Part shown: piece by piece, positions 38,916-50,953 of the stretch | How positions within the stretch are numbered: the stretch's first letter is position 1 | Layout of the letters: each line of letters starts with the position of its first letter | Source of the DNA: Octopus bimaculoides | Lineage: Eukaryota | Assembly: GCF_001194135.2 (NCBI RefSeq) | Contig: NC_068992.1 | Span: 27,077,981-27,139,094 of the forward strand | DNA: 61,114 nt | Direction of reading: 5' to 3' | Notes under the pieces: generated by a model | Told to the model about the DNA's origin: nothing | The model's input: only the letters and a program-made list of their open reading frames with translations | The model's database searches: none | Program-made: the position numbers and the translations under genes

Positions 38916-40786
38916 ATGATGAAATTCCAAAGTGGTACAATGAGGATAGGGTAGAATCTATGTAGATTTTTCCTTTCTTTTCAGGGCCCCCGAGAGAAGC
39001 GGATATATGGGTCAAATGCTAGTAACTCTGCTAAAACCACTCGAGGCACAATTCGTTGTAATGGACGTCATCTACGCATTGAATCGGTACAAATACGACA
39101 AGATTTCAAGTTATTTTGTTCTAATCACTAACTATTCCGCCAATTCAACCCCTGGACTCTTGTTTTATTTTATCGACTTCTAATGGATAAAAGGTTGAAC
39201 TAATCATTAGGATTTGAACTCGAAACACGGATGCCCGAACAATCACCAAAAAGCGTTTCCTCTTGCACTTAACGAACCTGGCTGTTCATTACCTTAGGAC
39301 CGAAATGACAAGGTATTTTATTCGCTCTACTCAAAATGACATTCACTGAGACATAAGTGCATCTTCCAAATAGTTAGGAGGAGAGTATAATTACAACGAT
39401 GACCCAGTACATCGTTGATGTTTATTTTATCAACGATTTTGGAAAGATGAAAGACAAATTTTTCACAGAAGAGATTTGAACTGATTTGAACTCAGACATA
39501 ATTGGGCATAACTAAAAATTAGACTGCTAGAAAAAGTGTGCAACGGTCTACCAATTCTAATCTACCAACGTTTTATGCGACAAAATATTTAATATTGATT
39601 GAAAGCCTATTAATTTTCTCACACCCCATTATATTATAATGTTGTTGGCGGCTCTCCAAGTTCGTCTTCTACAGGAAAATATTCCAGTTCTTTGAATATT
39701 ATTAATAGCATGGGTGGTAATATGCTATTGTGAAGTAAATTATCCAAAGAGACATTTTCTTTTCATCACCTACAAAGTTTTATCAGCTCTTCATTTATAC
39801 AAACAGCAGCACCTCATTTGTAACATAATTGCAGTGCCTAAATTCAAACGCTATTCTAAAGCAGTTCGAGGAATAGATCAGCTAAATAAGTTGTTTATTG
39901 TATGTCGAATGATTAAAGGTTTAGTTCCGAATGTACAGCTTGACATATGAAAGGACACTCAAATTGATTTTGTTTTATTTCCAAATTCTCATGTGATAAC
40001 TTTCAAGCGGTTTCATATATTTTATTTCACTTTTTACCTAGTGATGATCATGATTTTTATTATGCACACAAATGTTAAGCTGATTTCCTTCAGTGCTACA
40101 TTTTTCTTTTATTCCTCATGTAATAATGTGTAATGCATAGTAAGCTTGACTTCATATTTTGCTGTCTGTACAGAAAGAAAATAAAAACAAATCTATTTTG
40201 GTGAAAACTAATGTAGTCAGAAATTCTAAGACTCTTTTACATAAGGGTTAACTTGTGACAGCTCAGTGATCCACACAAGATGGAGTTTGTCTTTCATCTT
40301 CAGTTTATGGAAACCATTGAGATTATTAGCAGTTTTCTGGAAGATTGATTCAATTAACGTTTAAGAAACGTTTTTCACTTTAATTTTGCTTGACTCCATC
40401 TGTTTGAGCTTAATGTAAAATATTCTTGTCGATAAAAAAAAAGATAAGTGTGTGTGTGTGTATACATGCGGTTATACGTGTATATATACGCATATATGTA
40501 TGTGTTTGTATAAATATATGTGTGCAAACATACAAACAAGCGTATATATTTGCAAACATTAATGTAAATGTATTTAAGTGTGCATATACACTCACAAATG
40601 CATACGCGCGCACACACATATTATAAAATGACGAATTCAAAATCCCAGAAGAGGTATTTTGCCTTTTATCCTTTCAAGGCCGATGAAATACACTACCCTT
40701 CAAATAGTAAGGTTGAGGTATCGACTAAACTCTTCGCATGAAAGTTGCTAACCCTCTATCGTCGTCGTAGTAGTAGTAGTAGTAGT

Positions 40787-41200
40787 CAGGCGGTGAATTG
40801 GCAGAATCGTTAGCACGCCAGGTGAAATGCTTAGTGGTATTTCGGCTGTCTTTACGTTCTGAGTTCAAATTCCACCAAGGTCGACTTTGTCTTTCATCCT
40901 TTCGGGATCGGTAGATTAAGTATCAGTTGCATATTTGGGTCGATCTAATCGACTGACCCCCCTCCCAAAAAATTTCAGGCCTTGTGCCTAGAGGAGAAAA
41001 GAATCGTTAGCACACCGAGCCACACGCTTAGCTGCAGTTTTCGTCCGTCTTCACGTTCCGTGTTCAAATTCCACTGAGTTTGACTTTGCCTTTCAGTGTT
41101 TACAGGTCTGTAAAATAAGTACCAGTTGAGCACTGGGATCGACGTAATCGATTTACCCCTTCACCAGAATTGCTGACCTTGTGCCAAAATTTGAAACCGT
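40787..41200 (+). mobile_element. Two head-to-tail SINE family A copies
   Basis: caggcggtgaattggcagaatcgttagcacg...aatttcaggccttgtgcctagaggagaaaagaat immediately followed by cgttagcac...ttgtgccaaaatttgaaacc. Confidence 0.9.
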
Positions 41201-41574
41201 TATCATTGTTATTAAGAGCTGTGGGTTGGTAGAATTGGTAGAGTGATGCAAAACGTCTTATGGTATTTGTCCTGGTCTTTGCATTCTCATCTAAAAATTT
41301 TCAGGGGTCATATGTAGCCTTTCATTCTTTTGGTGGCATTAAAATATAATACCACTGCCCTCAAAATTTCTGGCTGTCTTCCTATGTTAGAATCAATTGT
41401 TGCTGTTGTTATTATTGACTGAAACTTGATTGAACCGACAACTAAATATTCCACATAAAACTTTTGTAGCCATTAGAAGGCACGAATGCCAGTAAACCTT
41501 ATTTTGTCTCGCAAAAATAGTGGAATGATGGGTACGACGTAGTTTCTTTGTCTTTTCCTTCTGAGTTCAAACTC

Positions 41575-41990
41575 CTGTGTACACTCCAGCCTTCAGAATC
41601 CTGGAGTGTACACAGTCAAAACTTAATGAAAAGCGACAAACAAAATGATGACACCGTTCTGGTTAATACATAATAAAAATTCCTTATCTCAGAAATACAG
41701 AATTGTAATATCCAATCGGTACGGAGCCGATGTAAGACTTCAATGGATTTTTATAGGCCTTAAAAATTCACTCTGCATCTGTCTATGGATATAGCACAAT
41801 GGATGAATGCAGTAGTTAATGCAATTAAATCACCTAGAGGTTCTGAGTGAATATCAAGGCACCTAGAAAAGACTGGAGTGTACACAGCCGAAACGTAGTG
41901 AAAAGAACAATCAAGATGAGGGCACCACTCCAAATAATACATAATATAAAAAATTCTTCAACTCAGAAATACAGAATTGTAACATTGTTG
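41575..41990 (+). mobile_element. Diverged relatives of the hammerhead-tail element (two tandem tails plus a short inverted arm)
   Basis: ctggagtgtacacagccgaaacgtagtg..caagatgag..aattcttcaactcagaaatacagaattgt aligns to the 50.8-kb tail; perfect 15-bp hairpin at 41575-41615. Confidence 0.6.
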
Positions 41991-44213
41991 CTATAGAACT
42001 AAACTTACAGTTCATAGATTCCATAATCTATTTTCGATCTCAATTAATTATATTTCATTTGACTTACGCATTATTCATTTGGTAACAAAAACAAAAGCAG
42101 TGTGAGAAATGTAAAAGCTAATTTGTTCTCGTGAATGTACATTAAGTTTGGTCAGTCATCAATTTTATAATTCAATATCTTGGACACTGCTGTTACTTCT
42201 TATACGTCAAGAATGATGTAGTTATTACTGTTTGAAAACAAGAACTTATAAACATTAAAATTAATTATATTCTATGCCAGCATTCACAATTGTTTACACT
42301 ACAACAAAAACTAAAATAACATTCCACTGTTTCTATTTGAAATGTATAATTGTAAAACTGGGGAAATAATTGTGATTGATTTTCTTCCGCAGATCGTTAC
42401 TAAATGACAGCTACTAATATCTATTTAATTGAACGAATCTTAGGAAATAGTTGTTTTTTAACTAGCCTCATACTTGAGCACAATTGGTTTTTCAAATTTA
42501 AACCTCCGTACTAAAGACAGATCTAGATCTAAAAACAAACAATTTATGGCGGCTTTACAGAAAGTGATATTGTATTTAAAATAGGGGAATTTCTAAATCA
42601 AAATTAATGGTTATTAGGGACTTATCTCGGCAGTTAATAAATTCATATAACACTTTATTTTTGACATTTCTATAACTGAAATAAGAATATACTAATACAC
42701 GAGTTAAGAAATATAAATGAATATAATATCTTTGAATTTATCTTACTATCTGATACCTGTATATGTTTTTTTTTCTCTCCCAGTACACTTTATTTTCACT
42801 CGTAGTTTTAATTTCATACATGTACGTGAATATATTTTGCCATTGCAAGGACAAGATGATTTAATGCATAGTTTATTTTGTTTTATTTTTGTTTGTTTGT
42901 ACTTATTTAGTTAGAGATAGAGACAAGTTGTTCATGCCGTTCAAATGTGATCCCCCGTTTCGCTATCAGTTTCCATATTTGATATCAAGTCATTCGTCTA
43001 TTTTCCGTCTTACATGATACTACTGTCTGCGCTGATATTTTACTTTCCAGTAACTCTTTAGTAAAAAGAGTTCTTCTGTTGAATGTATCTCTACTTATTC
43101 TTTTCCGTTAGTTTATTCACCTTTTATTCTTTCCTTCCATATAAACAAAAGTTTACGCTTTTAATTACTATAGAAATCAATTGATATTTGTGTGACTGTA
43201 GTTATATTTTTAACACCACTGAAGTTGCTTTCTAACAGTCTAATATTTATATCAAATCAAATCCCATCTTCCAAGACTATGTGTTTCATAGATCCTAACT
43301 ATATCAGATTTAGGATTATCGGCTTATAATGTCAGTAGTTTTCTATTTTTCCTATAAAAGCTTCTTTATTTCACTTAACTTTCATTTTCGTTTCTGTTTT
43401 AGGAAATTAACATTGTTTTGCTTTCCTGCAACCAACCGAGATTTACGTTTAGTCTGTGATAATTCAATGAATTACTGTTGCTACATCTACTATATATTGG
43501 TTTACTTAGATATTCAGGACTTCATCAATACTGATAGTCTTTCGGGTATTATTGATTTTCATTGTGTTAGTATAAATTCCCGCTAGTTACGTTGTATGAG
43601 GCTTATGGAGTTATTGCATTTTTCTTCTCTTTTTTCTTTCTATTCCATTGTGCGTCTTTACTGTGAAGTAAAGTTTGCATGTTATCCCAATATGGGAATT
43701 CGCTTCTTAATGTTCGTGTATTTGCAACCATATATATTTATAAATTGGGATTTCGGTGTAATGTTTGTTGCAAGGGTCAGTTGTTTCAAGCTTTCTTTCA
43801 TTTCCCAGATCTCTCTTTCTTTCTCTCTCTCACTCTCTCTATCTCTATCGCCTACTCTCCCTCTATATGTATGTGTGTATATGCATGTGCCTGTATGTGT
43901 ATAAATATGTATGTATATGCGTATGTGTGGGTGTATTATTCAGTTATTCTTGAGTATTCTATTTTCTTAATGTATGATCCGATTTTGTCCTTTATCATAT
44001 GAAAGCCGGCCCCACTGCGTTTCTATTTTCATTCGTAAATCTAAATACCTTTTCCGGCAGCAATATTCAGTAATATAGTCTTCATTTATTTTCTGGGAAT
44101 AAGATCTGTCGTAACCAGCATCATACGAGACTGCCACAGTTTATATATATATATGTAAGTAAAGGCAGTGCTCCAGCATGGCCACAGTCAAATGACTGAA
44201 ACAAGTAAAAGAG

Positions 44214-44267
<54 letters not shown>

Positions 44268-45799
44268 NNNNNNNNNNNNNNNNNNNNNNNNNNNNNNNNN
44301 NNNNNNNNNNNNNNNNNNNNNNNNNNNNNNNNNNNNNNNNNNNNNNNNNNNNNNNNNNNNNNNNNNNNNNNNNNNNNNNNNNNNNNNNNNNNNNNNNNNN
44401 NNNNNNNNNNNNNNNNNNNNNNNNNNNNNNNNNNNNNNNNNNNNNNNNNNNNNNNNNNNNNNNNNNNNNNNNNNNNNNNNNNNNNNNNNNNNNNNNNNNN
44501 NNNNNNNNNNNNNNNNNNNNNNNNNNNNNNNNNNNNNNNNNNNNNNNNNNNNNNNNNNNNNNNNNNNNNNNNNNNNNNNNNNNNNNNNNNATATAACACT
44601 TATTCGGTAGCCATGATAAAACTCCGAGTTCCGGATGCCGGGGCGGAAACCCACGCTGTCATCTATTCAGTTACCTGGCCATTGAAAATTCCTATGAAAA
44701 TGACCGTTAAACAACGGGAAATTACTGTGTGGTTGACCGTTATTAAAACAAAAGAGCTATAGACCGCTAAGTAAGGGGAAGGAGTAAAGGTAAGGCAGTA
44801 AAAAAGTCCATAATATTTGCGTAAGCGCGCCAATCCGTACATGCGCCTATATGTATATACTCAACCACCCTCGCCTGAAACACACATGCTCACCCACAGA
44901 CTCACTAATATATGGATGTGCATGTGTACATATGCATATGAGTACGAGTTGTATATATAGATATTGATATGTATAAATATCTGTATAAATATATATATAC
45001 ATGTCTAATATATGCATCTGTATACATCTTCACGTATATATATTCTTCTACTACTAAGCACTGACATGTCCAACCACCTAATCTATATTCCTAAATTCTT
45101 CATTCCACCATATTACCGCCTCATCACTTAGACTCTATCTAACTGACACTCCGTTACCTTTTACACTATTATACCTCTCGCTCTTTCTATCACACCCATT
45201 CCTTCTATCTGACACTCCTTTAGTCTTTACCCTATTTTCCTTTTAAACACTAATATCTTTCTCTCTCTATCACCCTAATATCCCCACCCCTACTTTCAAG
45301 TTATCTTGACTGACCACTAACTGGTACACTTTCCCTGTCTTCATCTCTCTCCTTGTTTTATCTCTCTGTATTATCTCTCTCTTTGTTTTTCTTTTTTCTT
45401 TCTTTACTTTATTTCACTCTTCCTGTTATTTATTTTTTTTCTTCTCTTTTCTTTCTCTTTTGTTTATCCCTCTCTTCCTGTTTTCGATTTGACCTTACAA
45501 ATACATTCCCTACTTTTAGGTCACTTTAAATAAGACCCTCGATTCACTAGCACTATATACAAACTCTATACTTAGAATGACCAACTTTAAATACTATTGG
45601 AATTTAGAATGACCAATTTTAAATACTATTGGTATTTACTCACAAGGTATTGGAATCTTATATGTATACCATTCTGCCTAAATAATGGATCTACAAATGC
45701 AATATCCCTGCATATCTCACATCTATTTTCATTCCTCCACTTCACTCTCTATTTCGTATCTTATTTAAATTAACTATTGCTTAACCATTTTCTCACACC

Positions 45800-45847
45800 G
45801 TCTCCGATGAAGGGATATAATAAAGATCCTGGAAACAGCTGTAAGAC
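45800..45847 (+). ncRNA. Minimal type I hammerhead-like motif (CCGAUGA core variant)
   Basis: GUCU-CCGAUGA-a-GGGAU/auaauaaag/AUCCU-g-GAA-AC-AGCU-GU-A-AGAC: stem I GUCU/AGAC, palindromic ACAGCUGU stem III, GUA cleavage triplet. Confidence 0.55.
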
Positions 45848-46878
45848 CTTGTATTTATTAACGTTCTAAAATCTTCACTGCCTTGGGGTTTTTTATCTTA
45901 TTCTGAAAAAAAAATGATATATATATATATATTAGATACAGACAGAGTATTAGATAATGCTGCACNNNNNNNNNNNNNNNNNNNNNNNNNNNNNNNNNNN
46001 NNNNNNNNNNNNNNNNNNNNNNNNNNNNNNNNNNNNNNNNNNNNNNNNNNNNNNNNNNNNNNNNNNNNNNNNNNNNNNNNNNNNNNNNNNNNNNNNNNNN
46101 NNNNNNNNNNNNNNNNNNNNNNNNNNNNNNNNNNNNNNNNNNNNNNNNNNNNNNNNNNNNNNNNNNNNNNNNNNNNNNNNNNNNNNNNNNNNNNNNNNNN
46201 NNNNNNNNNNNNNNNNNNNNNNNNNNNNNNNNNNNNNNNNNNNNNNNNNNNNNNNNNNNNNNNNNNNNNNNNNNNNNNNNNNNNNNNNNNNNNNNNNNNN
46301 NNNNNNNNNNNNNNNNNNNNNNNNNNNNNNNNNNNNNNNNNNNNNNNNNNNNNNNNNNNNNNNNNNNNNNNNNNNNNNNNNNNNNNNNNNNNNNNNNNNN
46401 NNNNNNNNNNNNNNNNNNNNNNNNNNNNNNNNNNNNNNNNNNNNNNNNNNNNNNNNNNNNNNNNNNNNNNNNNNNNNNNNNNNNNNNNNNNNNNNNNNNN
46501 NNNNNNNNNNNNNNNNNNNNNNNNNNNNNNNNNNNNNNNNNNNNNNNNNNNNNNNNNNNNNNNNNNNNNNNNNNNNNNNNNNNNNNNNNNNNNNNNNNNN
46601 NNNNNNNNNNNNNNNNNNNNNNNNNNNNNNNNNNNNNNNNNNNNNNNNNNNNNNNNNNNNNNNNNNNNNNNNNNNNNNNNNNNNNNNNNNNNNNNNNNNN
46701 NNNNNNNNNNNNNNNNNNNNNNNNNNNNNNNNNNNNNNNNNNNNNNNNNNNNNNNNNNNNNNNNNNNNNNNNNNNNNNNNNNNNNNNNNNNNNNNNNNNN
46801 NNNNNNNNNNNNNNNNNNNNNNNNNNNNNNNNNNNNNNNNNNNNNNNNNNNNNNNNNNNNNNNNNNNNNNNNNNNNNN

Positions 46879-47185
46879 TCTGTTGATCAGTCTAGGACGG
46901 AAAAGTTGCAGATTTTCGTTCATTTTGACAATTTCATGGCAATGTTTCTGCAGTAATGGTTTTTCCGGGTTCTAAGAAGATATAGTGGATGAGTCCAGCA
47001 GTACACCACCAAACAGCCACCAATAACCTTCATTTTGAAGAGCTCGGATTTCGGGAAGGTTTTCGGTACTTCATTTTGGTCCAACCACCGAGAAGAACGT
47101 TTTTTTATTATTGTACAGAATCCACTTTTCATCGCAAGTTACAATACGGTCGAGAAATGGATCGGTCTGATTACGGAGATTGAAT
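46879..47185 (-). mobile_element. Mariner (Tc1/mariner) transposase fragment, frameshifted
   Basis: Minus-strand translation DPFLDRIVTCDEKWILYNNKK/RSSRWLDQNEVPKTFPKSELF..KV../VWWCTAGLIHYIFLEPGKTITAE..YCHEIVKM matches the mariner catalytic region (CDEKW, first Asp of DD34D). Confidence 0.9.
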
Positions 47186-47244
47186 CTGGTTCACGGAAAC
47201 TGTGTGGAAGCCTACCGTGTGTATATATGTGTGCATGTGTGCGT

Positions 47245-47445
47245 TTCTGATTGTGTCTCTCAACTATCACCGCTTGACAAACGGTGTAGATTTGTTTAGG
47301 TCCCCGTAGCTTAGCTGTTTGACTAGAGATTGATAGTATAAGTATCAGACCAAAAAATAAGTACTGGGGTTGATTTCTTCGACCAAACCCTTCAAGACGG
47401 TATTCCAACATGGCCACAGCCCAATGACTAATACCAGTAAAAGCA
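47245..47445 (+). mobile_element. SINE family C tail fragment
   Basis: cgcttgacaaacggtg..gtccccgtagcttagc..aagtactggggttgat..ccaacatggccacag. Confidence 0.75.
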
Positions 47446-47979
47446 AATTTGCTAAACTTTGGTGGAAACTAAAAAAAACAAGCAGCTTTTGTTGGGATTA
47501 AATTTGGAGTGGTGGAGAAGACAACTATCACTCTCATTCTTTGTTAGATGTACATCGTAGCATGGTCGCATTACATCAGGCTATAAGATATCTCTTTAAT
47601 CCTGTGCTGGCGTGGTTCGATTTTATTGCTGTGTTTGTATTAATCGTCATGGTTGATATACTGTGAAGTAGAGCGTTGAATTTGCTATTATTTTGTTGTA
47701 TTTGTTGCTTCTGTTTCACATTATGTACGTAACTCGTTTCTTTCTTTCCTGTTGCTGATACACGTTATTTGCTTTAAAACAGATATTTTGTGCATAATCG
47801 AGACAAAGGACACATAAAATGCGTATTGATTGCACTTAGTGCAGAGTGCGAATAGCTGGGTTTATTCGTTTTGCTCCTGGATTTCGCGATTCTAATGGAT
47901 TTTACATTCGTTTTTTACATAACATTATGCTTCATCTCACAAGTCATTGAATCCAGAGATGATTTTATTTCACTTTTCA

Positions 47980-48540
47980 GACAGTGAGCTGGCAGAATCG
48001 TTATCACGCCGGGCGAAATGCTTAGCTGTATTTCGTCTGCCGCTACGTTCTGAGTTCAAATTTCACCGAGGTCGACCTCCTTTTGGGGTCGATAAATTAA
48101 GCACCAGTGAAACACTGGGGTTGATGTAATCGATTAGTCCCCTTCCTCCAAATTTAAGGCTTTGTGCCTCCAGTAGAAAGGACTAGATGCTTAGCAGCAT
48201 GTCTTCCAGCTTTTCCTTCTGAGTCCAAATGTTGTGATGTGAACTCTTTGCCTTTCAACCTTTTAAAGTGCCTCTCAAGTTCTGGAGTCGATGTAATCAG
48301 CTAATTCTCTCCCTGGAAAAATACTGGTCTTGTGCTGCTAAATATTTTCATTATGACGTCTTGGTAGAGTACTTACAGCGTCGTGAAAAAAAATGCATTT
48401 TATAACATTTCTTTCGAATCTTTACATTCTGGGTTCAACTGTCAATTTTTACTTTCAAATAAAGTATGGGGATTGATTGAAAGAATATTCAAACCCCCTC
48501 CTCTCAAAATAGCTGGGCTTGTGCCCAGCAATTAGACACT
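47980..48540 (+). mobile_element. Chain of SINE family A copies (one well preserved at 47980-48180, two diverged)
   Basis: gagctggcagaatcgttatcacgccgggcgaaatgcttagc...ctgagttcaaatttcaccgaggtcgac. Confidence 0.8.
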
Positions 48541-49324
48541 ATCATTATTGTTGTTAATGTGCTTTTTCATTGCTGATCGTTGTCAACGTTTCACTGATCT
48601 CGTAAATGATAATTTCGTCTCGGATAAATTAAAAATAAAAAAACAGTACGGTGTTCTGAGTGTGTTTTTTTAATTTTATCCCCAAAATGTGCTGGAACGT
48701 TTGAACTTTTATTCCATTTACAGGGAGTGGAGTATAGTTTGCCTTTAGACATTTTAAATAGTCCTACTCATTTAACACAATTTGATTTTTATAAATAGCT
48801 TTTTGCAGTAATTACCTGTTCTGCAGAATGGAAGCCTCAGAATTGATAATGAGAAATGCTCACTGCAGCAGCAATAGTTGAAGAAGCGTAAACGAAGATG
48901 TCCTAAATTGTTTACAAACTAAAAATCTCAAATACATATTTGGATGTCCAATGTTACACTTGTATAATAGCAGAGATCAGAAGAATAATTTTAGGTATTA
49001 ATAATTCGAATGGAAAAATACAGTTCGAAGAACATCAAAAAGTTAAAGAAACCCAATGTCATTCAATCACTTTTTAATTTAGAGTCGCTCGAATTGAGCC
49101 AGTTCAAGGAAAAGGAAAAGAGTCGACGTGGTACGTCGCAAAAGACTACCTCCATGTTCGAAGAATTTTCCCATAAATGGTTGAGGAGGAAAGCAGTATT
49201 CTTCTGTTTTTCAGAGAAAGACTAAGAGTCCCATATGCAGGAGGAAGCTTTAACCAGCTTTGGCAGTGAGTAAGCTCCATCGACTGGTTTAGAACATATA
49301 AAAGCATATTCTTTTGCTCTATTC

Positions 49325-49745
49325 TGTCACTCTTTTACTTGTTTCAGTCATTTGGCTGCGGCCATGCTGGAGCACCGCCTTTAATTGAACAGATTGACCC
49401 CAGAACTTATTCTTTGTCAGACTAGTACTTATTCTATCGGTCTTTTTGCTGAACCGCTAAGTTACGGGGACGTAAACACACCTTTATCAGTTGTCAAGCG
49501 ATGGTGGTGGGAAAAACACAGACACACAAGCATACACGACACACACATACAGACACACACTCACACACATATATGTATATATTTACGTCGGGTTTCTTTC
49601 AGTTTCCGTCTATCATATCCACTCACAAGGCTTTGGTCGGTCCGAAGCTCTAGTAGAAGACACTTGTCCAAGGTACCCCCACAGTGAGACTGAACCTAGA
49701 ACCATGTGGTTGGTAAAAAGCTACTTACCACACAACCACTCCAGC
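49325..49745 (-). mobile_element. SINE family C full copy
   Basis: Reverse complement of 20782-21320 (cttttacttgtttcagtcatttggctgcggccatgctggagcaccgcc...ccacacaaccactccagcgccta). Confidence 0.9.
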
Positions 49746-50296
49746 GCCTATGTCTGTTTTATTATTATTATTTTTTTTTAATCAAGAACGATGTGAGGAG
49801 ATATGCAGAGCAGTTGCATCTCGAGTTTAACCAGAGGCTGGTACTACAGTAAATGGATTTCAGAAACACTAGGGTCATAGCTACTGATCTTGATACAGAC
49901 ACCGATGCTTGGTGTTTAGTTACTTTTGTGTAACAATACACATATGGAGTGCGCACAGAACTGACTAGCAACACCATGTAACTTGGTGAAGTCTGAAAGG
50001 ACATCCGAGTTCTAATGAATCTCGAAGACCACACGATTATCCAGAAACTGTATCCGATAGAAAGGACTAAGAATAGATCAATGAAATTGTGATGCACAGA
50101 AGACTCAGTGACTACACGTTTAGTAAGAAGGCTAAATGATTAGGAAAAGCCGAAGATAAACGAGGAAAGGGGCATACGGAGGCAAAAGCAACATCAACAG
50201 CAACAGCTGGCGGTCAGTCATTTAACCACTCATTTAACAGAAGGTGATTAAAGGGAAACATTTCAGACTGGAGGTGATTCGAGAAACTACACAGAT

Positions 50297-50455
50297 AATA
50301 CATTATTTATATTATTTACATTTGACGGATATTTGTCTTCATCTTGTTTGTTGTTAACACAACGTTTCAGCTGATATACCCTCCAGCCCTCATCAGGTGT
50401 CTTGGGGAAATTTCGAACCTGGATTCTCATTCCTAAGGTATTTTTCGATGTTGTT

Positions 50456-50511
<56 letters not shown>

Positions 50512-50747
50512 TATAATTATTATTATTGTTGTTGTTGTTGCTGTTGTTATTCAAGTCAATGCCTGGAATCGAACTCAGAATCTTGGGATTAGTAGCTCGC
50601 GCTCGTAACCACTACGCCATATGCCCCACTACACCATATGCCCCACTACACCATATGCCCACGGGCATATGGCATAGTGGTTAAGAGTGTGGGCTACTAA
50701 CCCCAAGATTCCGAGTTCGATTCCAAGCAGTGATCTGAATAATAGTA

Positions 50748-50780
<33 letters not shown>

Positions 50781-50953
50781 TTGAAAAATACCTTAGCAAT
50801 GAGAACCCAGGTTCGAAATTTCCCCAAGAAACCTGATAAAAGTTGGAGAGTATATTAGCCGAAACGTTGTGTTAACAACAAACAAGATGAGGACAAATAT
50901 CCGTCAAACGTAAATAATGTACATAATTCCTCATCTCTCAAATATAGAACTGT
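50297..50953. mobile_element. Head-to-head palindrome of two full tRNA-head/(AAT)n/hammerhead elements
   Basis: Left copy on - (head 50551-50626, HHR 50356-50401), right copy on + (head 50663-50737, HHR 50828-50873); centre atatgccc-ac-gggcatat at 50661-50662. Confidence 0.85.
50356..50401 (-). ncRNA. Minimal type I hammerhead ribozyme motif
   Basis: GACAC-CUGAUGA-g-GGCUG/gaggguauau/CAGCU-GAA-ACGU-U-GUGUU: 5-bp stem I, intact core, G-U closing pair in stem II. Confidence 0.6.

Noticed and set aside
44605-44670. atgataaaactccg..cggggcggaaacccacgctgtc hammerhead-like arrangement
   Set aside because: Core has multiple changes and stem I pairing is poor.
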